Shown: positions 19,567 through 28,246, numbered from the stretch's first letter. The stretch is DNA of 64,000 nt from Thermodesulfobacteriota bacterium (GCA_051744925.1 JBNJDM010000003.1:333-64332), one strand, 5' to 3'. Made by a program: numbers and translations. Notes: generated from the sequence alone by a model not told the origin.

Positions 19567-19613
19567 TAGTATTTTAGGAATTTAAATTTTAATCAAATCC
19601 AAGGATTAATATA

Positions 19614-20408
19614 ATGAATACAGAAATGACATACACTAAAGCATTTGAAACTTTAATATGGAATTTCAGGCTCGATTTTGACCCTGTTGGCATTAAATTT
19701 GTTTTTGATGAATCAGAAATTGACAAACTGCCTATTACCCATACAGCTAAACCAAAGCTATCTTTCTGCCAGTATCTTGCAGCGGCAAGGTCAGCAAAAC
19801 ACTCTCTTTTTCTTAAACCAGGACAATGTGCGTGTAAAAATGCCCAGCCTGTTTTCGGCTTTAGATCTCTTGATAAAGAAACGGACTGTAAAAACCATAA
19901 AAAATATCTCCTGGATGATGATCTTTCATGGCAGGCTCCACAGGAAAAAGCAAGACTTGAGGAAGGCAGCTGCCATGGAATATATATGGCTCCTTTAAAT
20001 GAATTTGATAAAATTGATGCAGATCCTGATGTAGTATTTATGATGGTTGTTCCTTACCAGGCATATCATATTTTAAATGATTATATGGGTGCAATGCACA
20101 AACCGAATCTGTCTTTTTTTGCCACACCTAATTCAGCTGTATGTTCAGGAAGTGTTTATGCATACAAAAATAAGACTGCAAATATGAACACTATGTGTGC
20201 TGGTTCAAAAGCATCCGGAAAAACTGAAATGAACTATATGAATCTTTTTATTCCTGGTGATCAGATTCTTCAGACAGTTGAGCAGCTGGAAAAAAGAATT
20301 GAAGTAACAGGCGGCCCCTCCCTTCTTGGTGCTGGTGGACAACCATGGCCCGGACTTGATGTATGTTCAGGATGTCCGATAGTAAAATTTACTGAAGTTG
20401 AAAAATAA
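19614..20408 (+). CDS. DUF169 family protein
   Basis: 264 aa. Cys-rich pattern and the PVGIKF opening remembered for DUF169. Function unknown. Confidence 0.6.
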   Translation: MNTEMTYTKAFETLIWNFRLDFDPVGIKFVFDESEIDKLPITHTAKPKLSFCQYLAAARSAKHSLFLKPGQCACKNAQPVFGFRSLDKETDCKNHKKYLLDDDLSWQAPQEKARLEEGSCHGIYMAPLNEFDKIDADPDVVFMMVVPYQAYHILNDYMGAMHKPNLSFFATPNSAVCSGSVYAYKNKTANMNTMCAGSKASGKTEMNYMNLFIPGDQILQTVEQLEKRIEVTGGPSLLGAGGQPWPGLDVCSGCPIVKFTEVEK

Positions 20409-20477
20409 TTTTTTAAGATATTAACTCCTCTTAAAAGTTAATAAACTCCTTTAATCATAAAATAACCTTTTATGATC

Positions 20478-20507
20478 CGGTGCAGAAAGTTTTTACTTTC
20501 TGCACCG
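20478..20507 (+). terminator. Stem-loop terminator after the DUF169 gene
   Basis: CGGTGCAGAAAGT-tttt-ACTTTCTGCACCG, a 13-bp perfect stem. The downstream T-tract is weak (ctctttatatt). Confidence 0.6.
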
Positions 20508-20557
20508 CCCCACTCTTTATATTCCGAATGATTTCATCTTCAGTTTATTTACATCTC

Positions 20558-20585
20558 TTGCAATTAAGAAATTCTAAGGTATAAT
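20558..20585 (+). promoter_or_regulatory. Sigma70-type promoter TTGCAA-N16-TATAAT
   Basis: Read directly. The -10 element lies 24 nt upstream of the ATG at 20609, with RBS GGGAGG between them. Confidence 0.55.
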
Positions 20586-20608
20586 TTAAGTACAACCAGG
20601 GAGGAAAT

Positions 20609-21151
20609 ATGAGTTATATAACCTACAGAATAAACAGCTCTTATGAAATTGTATATACATCATCAATGTGGAATTCTTTTGCAAAGGGAAATCATGGAGA
20701 AGACAACACAAACAAAATGGTCATGAATAATAATTTAATGGATTTTATAAGTGATCCTGAAACCCGTGAAATCTATAGAATGCTTGTTGAAAAGGCTAAA
20801 AAAACAAAACATACAGTCAAAGTTCCTTTCAGGTGTGACTCTCCCGAAGACAGGAGATTTCTTGTGATGGAGATAGAACAACTTGAAAACGGGCTTATTG
20901 AATTCAGATCAATTCTTAAAAAATCTGAAAAGCGAAAAACAGTAAGGCTTCTTGAACGAAACATTCCAAGAAATGATGATTTTGTTAAAATATGCAGCTG
21001 GTGCAAAAAAGTTTATATTCCTGAAACTGATTCATGGGCAGAAGCAGAAGAAGCAGTAATACATATGAAACTTTTTGAAATGGATAAACTTCCGAGTCTA
21101 ACTCACGGTATATGTGACAAATGTTACAATGATCTTAGAGAAGCTATTTAG
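20609..21151 (+). CDS. PAS-like domain protein with C-terminal CxxC...CxxC zinc-ribbon tail (uncharacterised)
   Basis: 180 aa. Tail CSWCKKVYIPETDSW...THGICDKCYNDL. Confidence 0.55.
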   Translation: MSYITYRINSSYEIVYTSSMWNSFAKGNHGEDNTNKMVMNNNLMDFISDPETREIYRMLVEKAKKTKHTVKVPFRCDSPEDRRFLVMEIEQLENGLIEFRSILKKSEKRKTVRLLERNIPRNDDFVKICSWCKKVYIPETDSWAEAEEAVIHMKLFEMDKLPSLTHGICDKCYNDLREAI

Positions 21152-21181
21152 TTGCTGAATAAAAACTCTTTTTTTTATTAG
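21152..21181 (+). repeat. Copy F of dispersed intergenic motif (TTGCTGAATAAAAACTCTTTTTTTTATTAG)
   Basis: Begins directly after the TAG stop at 21149-21151. Aligns with copies at 28292, 29532, 56051 and 56858. Confidence 0.4.
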
Positions 21182-21275
21182 TTCTTAAATTAAATCGAGT
21201 TTAAACTTAAAGATACCCGCGTATTTTTGATGTCAAAATTTTCATCTTCCTTTCAGACAAATAATATTCAGCTTA

Positions 21276-23012
21276 TTACGACATATCTGCATTTATAAAT
21301 CCACGGACTGAATTAATAAGATAAATTTTATCAGCATTTTTAAGATCTTTTTTTAAAATCATCTTTTCAGAAACAATATTTTTATCCAGAAGATAATTAC
21401 GCATAGTTCCGGGAAGAAGTCCGGCTTTTGAAAACGGGGTATAAAGTTTTTCATTTTTTTTAATTACTATATTTGCAAAGCAGGTTTCAGTTATATTATT
21501 ATTTTCATTAAAAAGAACAATATCATTAAACTCAGGATGTTTTTTTAAAATATTATTATAAAAACTTCTGTTTGTTGTTTTGTGGTATAAAAATCTGTTT
21601 TTTGAATCTACAGGCTCATCTGCTAAACATATTTTCCAGGTTGTTTTATTATCAAGAGGATTTTTTTCAAGCAGATTTTCTTCATATTCAATATTTCCGA
21701 ATCTGTCACATAAAAGCCTTACCCTTAAAAACTCTTCTGATCTGAAATTTTTAAAAAATTGTAAAAGATTATTTTTTTTAAGCTCAAAAGAAAAGTACTC
21801 TGCAGAATCAAGAATTCTTTTTATATGATATTTTTCAAGATAAAAACCATTGCCCGGAATATAAAGTAAAGTTTCAAGAAGCTTAAATTCAGGCTCAGGC
21901 TCAGAAATTATTAGAGCTTTGCTCTGGCATTCTTTATACTCCTTTTTAGCAGAAGAATCCCAGACAATTCCTCCACCTGTTCCGTAAAACGCTTTTTTAT
22001 TTTGTTTATTAATATACATGGTTCTTATTGCAACATTAAAAAGAGATTTTCTGCCGGGCTCAATAAAACCAATAGTCCCTGTATAAACACCCCGGGGATT
22101 TTTTTCTGTATGATTTATATATTCCATAGATTTAATTTTAGGTGCGCCTGTTATTGAAGCACATGGAAACATTGCCTCAAAAATTTCACAAACAGATTTA
22201 TCTGTTGTGCATGTAACTTTAGATGTCATTTGAAAAACTCTTGAATATTTTTCGATTTCAAAAAGCTTATCTGTATTAACACTTGATATTTCGGCAATTT
22301 TTCCCATATCGTTTCTGATCATATCAGTAATCATTACATTTTCTGCTCTGTCTTTTTCTGAAGTATAAAGTTCATTTTTTCTCAGGCTGTCTTCTATATT
22401 ATTTCTTCCCCTCTGGATTGTTCCTTTCATAGGTTTTGAAATAAGTTTATTTTTATCAAGCTTAAAAAAAAGTTCCGGAGAACCGCTTAAAACTGAAAAA
22501 TCAGGTGTATCTATGAATGCCGAATATTTTGAATCAAGATGTGAAAAATTATTAAAAAAAACTGAAAAAGGGTCATCTTTAAAATCGGTTTTAAGATTAA
22601 ACGTATAATTCAGCTGATAAATATCGCCTTTAAATATTTTTTCTTTTATAAAATCGATTTTATTTTTGTATTCCTGGTAATCAAAAGGAAGTTCCCAGTT
22701 TAAAAAATATTCGGCTTTGCTTAAATTACCAAACAAAATATGGTGTGGGATAATCTCTTTTTTTTTAAATATTCCAAACCAAAATTCATCACAATAATCT
22801 TTTTTATTAACTGAAAAATTGGGATCAAAAGCTCTTGATGCTTCATAACTTAAAAAACCGGCAACATAAAACCCTTTTAAAGTCATATCCTCTATATAAG
22901 AAAAAGCTTTTTTTATATTTTTATAATTATCTGATCTTATTATTTCAACAGGTTTATTAAACAATACCCAGCTGTTGCTGTTATTTTTAAATATTACACA
23001 GTTTTCAAGCAT
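21276..23012 (-). CDS. pabB: Aminodeoxychorismate synthase component I fused to an aminodeoxychorismate-lyase-like (fold-type IV) domain
   Basis: 578 aa. Chorismate-binding domain (SKPMKGT, GAPK, GGGIV), with a C-terminal roughly 200 aa carrying YHKTTNR, ETCFANI and LPGTMR. Confidence 0.8.
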   Translation of the reverse strand: MLENCVIFKNNSNSWVLFNKPVEIIRSDNYKNIKKAFSYIEDMTLKGFYVAGFLSYEASRAFDPNFSVNKKDYCDEFWFGIFKKKEIIPHHILFGNLSKAEYFLNWELPFDYQEYKNKIDFIKEKIFKGDIYQLNYTFNLKTDFKDDPFSVFFNNFSHLDSKYSAFIDTPDFSVLSGSPELFFKLDKNKLISKPMKGTIQRGRNNIEDSLRKNELYTSEKDRAENVMITDMIRNDMGKIAEISSVNTDKLFEIEKYSRVFQMTSKVTCTTDKSVCEIFEAMFPCASITGAPKIKSMEYINHTEKNPRGVYTGTIGFIEPGRKSLFNVAIRTMYINKQNKKAFYGTGGGIVWDSSAKKEYKECQSKALIISEPEPEFKLLETLLYIPGNGFYLEKYHIKRILDSAEYFSFELKKNNLLQFFKNFRSEEFLRVRLLCDRFGNIEYEENLLEKNPLDNKTTWKICLADEPVDSKNRFLYHKTTNRSFYNNILKKHPEFNDIVLFNENNNITETCFANIVIKKNEKLYTPFSKAGLLPGTMRNYLLDKNIVSEKMILKKDLKNADKIYLINSVRGFINADMS

Positions 23013-23166
23013 TAAAACAAGTTAACCTTTAATTATAAATATTTTTAAAAATTTATGTATCCCGTAAATATCTAAAATACTTAATTTAGAAAAGATTATT
23101 TTTCTAAAATCTGGAATTAACTTAATCTGTAAAAAATTTTATCTGTTTAATAAATTAATGCTAGCT

Positions 23167-23182
23167 GTTAGATATATCTAAC
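23167..23182. promoter_or_regulatory. Perfect 16-bp palindrome GTTAGATATATCTAAC next to a TTGACA -35 box
   Basis: Read directly. TTGACA lies at 23189-23194, followed by TATATT/TATTCA -10 candidates. All are upstream of the HD-GYP gene. Confidence 0.4.
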
Positions 23183-23259
23183 TTTTAATTGACAAAAAAA
23201 TTGATACGATATATTCACAAAAAAGATAGGCATAACTAACAATATTCAGGAGGTTAATA

Positions 23260-23934
23260 ATGAGCGGTAATCCGCCTTTGAAAACAAAATTTATATTTGG
23301 TGAATTTAAACCGGTTTGCCAGACCTGTCCGGTTCTTCCAAAATATTCAGATCTTCTTCATGAGTTTGCAGCGTCACTTGGAAAAGCACTTGATGCAAGA
23401 GACAGCTCCACAAAAGAGCACTCAAATCAGGTAGCTGATATATCTTCAATTTTATCAAAATCTTTAAAGCTTAAAAATGAACAGATTGAAGTGATTCACA
23501 TGGCAGGTCATCTTCATGATATTGGAAAAATAGGAATTTCAGATGAAATACTTTTTAAAAAAGGACCACTTACTTCAAAAGAATGGGAAACAATTAAAAA
23601 GCATCCTGAAACAGGAGCTGAAATTGTTTCAGGAATCAAGGGATTTTTAGAAAAAAATTCTATAAAAGATATTATTCTTCACCACCATGAAAGATTTGAC
23701 GGCAAAGGTTACCCTTTTGGACTTAAAGATTATGACATTCCCATTGGCGCAAGAATTATAGCTCTTGCCGATTCTGTTTCTGCAATGGCGCAGAACAGAC
23801 CTTACAGAAAAAAATCAGATTTTGACAGCATAGTATCAGAAGTATTTAAAAACTCTTCTTCACAGTTTGACCCCATGGTCGTAAATGCATTCACCAAAAA
23901 CCTTGAAATAATTGAAAATTATTTAATGAGGTAA
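23260..23934 (+). CDS. HD-GYP domain phosphodiesterase (stand-alone)
   Basis: 224 aa with HLHDIGK and HHHERFDGKGYP motifs. RBS AGGAGG. Confidence 0.85.
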   Translation: MSGNPPLKTKFIFGEFKPVCQTCPVLPKYSDLLHEFAASLGKALDARDSSTKEHSNQVADISSILSKSLKLKNEQIEVIHMAGHLHDIGKIGISDEILFKKGPLTSKEWETIKKHPETGAEIVSGIKGFLEKNSIKDIILHHHERFDGKGYPFGLKDYDIPIGARIIALADSVSAMAQNRPYRKKSDFDSIVSEVFKNSSSQFDPMVVNAFTKNLEIIENYLMR

Positions 23935-23936
23935 AT

Positions 23937-24059
23937 ATGGAAATTACAGAATTCACATCTTCAGGTAAAAGAAAAAAACTATATCAGATAAAAGGTCATT
24001 ATCACTGCTCAATAGTAGGAACATGCATAAGCCTTAAAGAGCTTAATAAAATCAATTAA
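23937..24059 (+). CDS. 40-codon ORF coupled to the HD-GYP gene (MEITEFTSSGKRKKLYQIKGHYHCSIVGTCISLKELNKIN)
   Basis: Own translation; below the ORF-track cutoff. GAGG lies 6 nt upstream of the ATG. The ATG starts 3 nt after the HD-GYP stop. The 3' end overlaps the dctM stop by 8 nt. Confidence 0.3.
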   Translation: MEITEFTSSGKRKKLYQIKGHYHCSIVGTCISLKELNKIN

Positions 24060-25353
24060 GATATCCTGATAATCTCGGAAGAAAAAGTACAAAATCGGGT
24101 AAATAAGTAATAATCATAAGTACAAGAATCTGAATCAGAAGAAAAGGCATAACAGATTTTGAGACTTGTACAATACCCCGGTTTGCTATAGAACCGGTTA
24201 TAAAAAGTGAAACTCCCATAGGTGGTGTACAATACCCTATTGCAAGGTTTACTGTCATAATAAGACCAAAATGCAAAGGATCTATATTAAAATTGGAAAG
24301 CATTGGAATAATTACAGGGCCGATTATAAGCACAGCTGAAATGATATCCATGAACATCCCGATTAAAAGAAGAAAAATATTCATAACAAGCAAAAAAACA
24401 ATTGCAGAATCGATATTTGACATTACAAGATCTGTGATTCTGCCTGGTATATTCTCCATTGTTATAAATCTTCCAAAACATGTTGCACCTGCAACTATAA
24501 GAAGAAGTGTAGCTGAAGTTACGGCTGAGTTTATTGTTACATAGTATATATCTTTAAATTTCATTGTCCTGTGTATAAAGATCTCTACTGCAAATGCATA
24601 TACACATGCAACAACAGCAGCTTCGTTGGCTGTAAATATACCTGAGAATATACCTCCGAAAATTAAAACAGGAAGCATAAGAGCAAAAAAACCTGACTTA
24701 AATGCTGTAATCACAGATTTAAAATCAGGTGGAGGATTTCTTACTATTACCTTATCATTTCTGAAGTAAAACATTGTATAAACGCATACAAGAACAATAA
24801 TAAGAATTCCCGGTATAAAACCTGAAAGGAAAAGCCCTTCAAGGGATACATTTGTTATCATTGAATATAAAATCATACCAATACTCGGAGGAATAATTAC
24901 TCCCAGATTGGGAGCACTTGCCATAAGACCGGTTGAATATGAATCAGGGTAACCGTGTTCTCTGAGCGCAGGAATCATAAATCCGCCTATGGCAACAACT
25001 GTTGCAACTGTTGAACCTGAAATTGCCCCAAACATTGCACAGGCCAGAACACCTGCCATGCCGAGTCCTCCAGGAAGAAAGCTTACAAGAACGTTTGCAA
25101 CATTTATAAGCTTTTTTACAATTGTTCCCTTTGTCATAATATTTCCGCAGAGAATAAAAAAAAGAACAACCACAAGTGCAAAATTATCAAGACTTTTTAA
25201 AAGAGTCTGGGCTGTAATCATCAAAGGCATGTCAGTAAAAAGTATAAAACCTGCCAATGCTGTAAAAAAAAGAGACATAAAAACAGGAATGTAAGCTGCC
25301 ATACATCCTATTAAAATCAAAAAAACTATAATGTCAGATGACAAAAAAGGCAT
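24052..25353 (-). CDS. dctM: TRAP transporter large permease
   Basis: 433 aa polytopic membrane protein, in the dctP-dctQ-dctM gene order. Confidence 0.9.
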   Translation of the reverse strand: MPFLSSDIIVFLILIGCMAAYIPVFMSLFFTALAGFILFTDMPLMITAQTLLKSLDNFALVVVLFFILCGNIMTKGTIVKKLINVANVLVSFLPGGLGMAGVLACAMFGAISGSTVATVVAIGGFMIPALREHGYPDSYSTGLMASAPNLGVIIPPSIGMILYSMITNVSLEGLFLSGFIPGILIIVLVCVYTMFYFRNDKVIVRNPPPDFKSVITAFKSGFFALMLPVLIFGGIFSGIFTANEAAVVACVYAFAVEIFIHRTMKFKDIYYVTINSAVTSATLLLIVAGATCFGRFITMENIPGRITDLVMSNIDSAIVFLLVMNIFLLLIGMFMDIISAVLIIGPVIIPMLSNFNIDPLHFGLIMTVNLAIGYCTPPMGVSLFITGSIANRGIVQVSKSVMPFLLIQILVLMIITYLPDFVLFLPRLSGYLN

Positions 25354-25379
25354 TTAAATATTTCTCCGGGAAAAAATAA

Positions 25380-25421
25380 AGCAGCAGTAGTTAGTCCGGA
25401 TTCTGGTAAAATACTGCTGCT
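25380..25421 (-). other. Intercistronic stem-loop between dctQ and dctM
   Basis: AGCAGCAGTA...TACTGCTGCT, a 10-bp perfect stem with a 22-nt loop. Confidence 0.45.
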
Positions 25422-25434
25422 GATAAAATAAAAT

Positions 25435-25920
25435 TTAAATCATAAAAAGTCTGTAAAATCTTCCGGCAGATCTTACAATCATAAGAAAGCCGGAAACAGG
25501 AAATATCATATAAATCCAGGCCATTGGGATTTTAAGTATAATTGTTTTCTGATTTGTCATTTTCATAAGCTCTATAAGCTCTGCTCCGAACTTAATTAAA
25601 CAGATTGAAAAAACAACAGTTGCAACAAGAGCCAGAATTTCAAAAAATTTTTCAGATTTCGGGAAAAACTGAACAACTGCATCAATTTTTATCTGAGAAC
25701 TGTTTTTTACTGCAACTGAAGCGCCTATAAAAGTAGTATAAATTATTACAATCCTTACAAGTTCTTCTGACCAGGCAAGTGTATATGAAAACCCGTATCT
25801 TAAAACAACATTCATAAAAAGACTTATAAGTGCAATTATTACACTTGCAAAAAGAGTAAACTCTTCAAAAAATGTTAACGCTTTTTCAAAACCGCGGACT
25901 GTTTTTTTAAAATAATACAA
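25435..25920 (-). CDS. dctQ: TRAP transporter small permease
   Basis: 161 aa, 4 TM, positioned between dctP and dctM. Confidence 0.85.
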   Translation of the reverse strand: MYYFKKTVRGFEKALTFFEEFTLFASVIIALISLFMNVVLRYGFSYTLAWSEELVRIVIIYTTFIGASVAVKNSSQIKIDAVVQFFPKSEKFFEILALVATVVFSICLIKFGAELIELMKMTNQKTIILKIPMAWIYMIFPVSGFLMIVRSAGRFYRLFMI

Positions 25921-25922
25921 AT

Positions 25923-26984
25923 CTATTTCCTGTAATTCAGAAGGGTCTGAACTTCTTTTAAGTAATTATCCGGCTGATATTTATCTCCAGGATAATTTTT
26001 ATTAATTCGTGGTGCATATTTTTCATGAACAGAAGCTGCTTTTTCTTTAAGAGTTTTCATATCCTGATCACTCATTTCAAAAAATTTAATCCCGGATTTC
26101 TTTGCTTTAGCAATCTCGTTTTCTTCCTGTTGTTTTGTTTCTTTTCTTATCTGTTCACATACTTTATGTACTGAATCTTCAAAAGTGTTTCTTAAATCTT
26201 CAGGAAGTGAATTAAGCCATGCTTTATTAAAAACCCAGATAAAAAGACCCTGAGCATAATTTACCTGTGTAAAATATTTAGCAACTTCAAATTTTTTAGT
26301 TATATTACATACCATGGGTGTATGATCCAGACCTGTAATTACTCCCTGCTTAAGTGAAACAGGAACATCAGACCAGGGCATTACAACTGGCTGAAAATCC
26401 CAGTTTCTGTATAAAAGCTGATTAACTTCAGCTTCTGCAATTCGAAACTTAATTTGTTTTGCATCCTCAATAGTTTTTACAGGTTTTGTGGTTGCCCATC
26501 CGTAATTTCCGTATCCTGTTATATCAAGACCTGTAATTCCTACATGATCTGCTGCATTTAAAAAATGACTGAAAAGTTTTTTATTATCAGTAAATTTATC
26601 GAGTTTTTCAAAAGAATCGACAAGAAAAGGAAGGTTAACAATTCCAAATCTTGAGCCCATATTGGTTGCTGCAACAGAGCTTACTCCCATTCCCTGAACT
26701 GCTCCCATCTGCAAAAGGTTCAAAACTTCAACCTCTCCTCCAAGGACAGATAAGGGTTTGTAATCAACATAAATTTTTCCGTTTGTAGCTTCCCATACAG
26801 CATCTCTTATTGCAAAACCTGCATAACTTCCCTTAATAACAGGATGAGTAACATTTGAGATAACGCATTTGTATTGTGCACCTGAAGGATCAAAATCGGG
26901 CTTCCATTTTTCCATGGAAGACTTTGCAAAGCATATCTGATTTAAAATCAATATAAGCAAAGCTGCCAATAAATATTTTTTCAT
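25923..26984 (-). CDS. dctP: TRAP transporter substrate-binding protein (DctP family)
   Basis: 353 aa with a signal peptide, and operon context. Confidence 0.85.
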   Translation of the reverse strand: MKKYLLAALLILILNQICFAKSSMEKWKPDFDPSGAQYKCVISNVTHPVIKGSYAGFAIRDAVWEATNGKIYVDYKPLSVLGGEVEVLNLLQMGAVQGMGVSSVAATNMGSRFGIVNLPFLVDSFEKLDKFTDNKKLFSHFLNAADHVGITGLDITGYGNYGWATTKPVKTIEDAKQIKFRIAEAEVNQLLYRNWDFQPVVMPWSDVPVSLKQGVITGLDHTPMVCNITKKFEVAKYFTQVNYAQGLFIWVFNKAWLNSLPEDLRNTFEDSVHKVCEQIRKETKQQEENEIAKAKKSGIKFFEMSDQDMKTLKEKAASVHEKYAPRINKNYPGDKYQPDNYLKEVQTLLNYRK

Positions 26985-27042
26985 TTATAACTCCGGAATC
27001 TGTTGTTTTATTATATAAATCAATGATTTAAAACTCACTGAT

Positions 27043-27630
27043 TCAACTATTATAATGTTCAGCTAGAACAATAATAACTTCTCTTAAATCGTTTGCATTG
27101 AACTTTCTGTAACCTAGCTGGTGCTGAATCAGAAAACCTTCAAATAAAGCTGTTACAACAGCTCCGAATTTCTCCATTTTTGCTCTTTTATTTTTTGTAA
27201 AAGGATCAAAAATATCCGCAAATATTTCAGGAGAAAGCCTGTATACTCCCTGAAGAAGCTTTTCCCTTAAATCTTTTGTTTTTGCAGCATGGACTGTGAA
27301 CTCAAGAAAAATATCAGCCCATCTCGAATCATCAAGAAGGGTTGTTAAAAAATCGAGAACAATTTCAAGGGCTTCATCAAAATCTTTGGCTTCTGATAAT
27401 TTTTCATCTCTTATGTCTCTGTGCTGCTTTAATTTCTGGCCCATTATATCCAGAAAAATATCTCCCTTGCTGCTCCAGTATCTGTAAAAATTTCCTTTTG
27501 CATACCCAGCTTCACAGGTTATTTCAGATATTGTAGCTTCCTCAAAACCCATTTCATTAAAAGTTTTAACAGCAGCTTTCATAAGCTCACTGCGCGTCAT
27601 CTCCGACTTTTGTTTTTGCCTGCTTACCAT
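27043..27630 (-). CDS. TetR/AcrR family transcriptional regulator
   Basis: 195 aa. N-terminal HTH (FNEMGFEEATISEITCEAGYAKGNFYRYW). First gene of the tetR-dctPQM string. Confidence 0.85.
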   Translation of the reverse strand: MVSRQKQKSEMTRSELMKAAVKTFNEMGFEEATISEITCEAGYAKGNFYRYWSSKGDIFLDIMGQKLKQHRDIRDEKLSEAKDFDEALEIVLDFLTTLLDDSRWADIFLEFTVHAAKTKDLREKLLQGVYRLSPEIFADIFDPFTKNKRAKMEKFGAVVTALFEGFLIQHQLGYRKFNANDLREVIIVLAEHYNS

Positions 27631-27648
27631 AATTTACCTCTTTCATAT

Positions 27649-27665
27649 AATGACCGATGGTCATT
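27649..27665. promoter_or_regulatory. Palindrome AATGACC-gat-GGTCATT, candidate TetR operator
   Basis: 7-bp perfect arms, 19 nt upstream of the tetR ATG. Confidence 0.5.
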
Positions 27666-27874
27666 TTTAATTTATAATTATGGGAATGTCAACTATAAAG
27701 ATGACTTGATTTTATTATTCAGATATTGTTTATTTTTCTTCATATATAAAGGTGCTGAAAAACCTTTCCGGTATGATTAATTTTATTCATTCGGTTTTTT
27801 GAACTTATTGAATTTTTAATTTGCCACTGATATAGTCTTTTTTCTTTATAATGGTGTAAAATCGGAGAATACAG

Positions 27875-28246
27875 ATGAAAGATACTGTAAATATTCTTAA
27901 GGCATTATCTGATAAAAACAGACTAAAAATAATTTATGCTCTCATGGAAACAGATGAGCTTTGTGCATGCCAGATAACAGAAATATTAAAAGTAAAAGGT
28001 GCTACAGCTTCAAGACATCTTGCTGTTCTTGCAAGTGCAGGTCTTCTTGAATCGAGAAAAGAAGGAAGATGGGTCTATTACAGAATTAATAACGACTTTT
28101 TTGTAAAGTATAATAATGAACTTTATCAATGGATTAAAAACGAAAAAACAAATTCTGAAGAGTTTAAAATTGAACATAAAAAGATCTCTCACATCTTAAA
28201 ACAAGACCCTGAAGTAATATGCAAAAAACAAAGAGGAGTTGTTTAA
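27875..28246 (+). CDS. ArsR/SmtB family transcriptional regulator
   Basis: 123 aa. LSDKNRLKIIYAL...ELCACQITEIL...ASRHLAVLASAGLL wHTH. Confidence 0.85.
   Translation: MKDTVNILKALSDKNRLKIIYALMETDELCACQITEILKVKGATASRHLAVLASAGLLESRKEGRWVYYRINNDFFVKYNNELYQWIKNEKTNSEEFKIEHKKISHILKQDPEVICKKQRGVV

Noticed and set aside
24287-25294. ORFs 24287..24481(-), 24293..24544(+) and 24989..25294(+) within dctM
   Set aside because: They are alternative-frame or antisense ORFs inside a polytopic TRAP permease gene, with no independent support.
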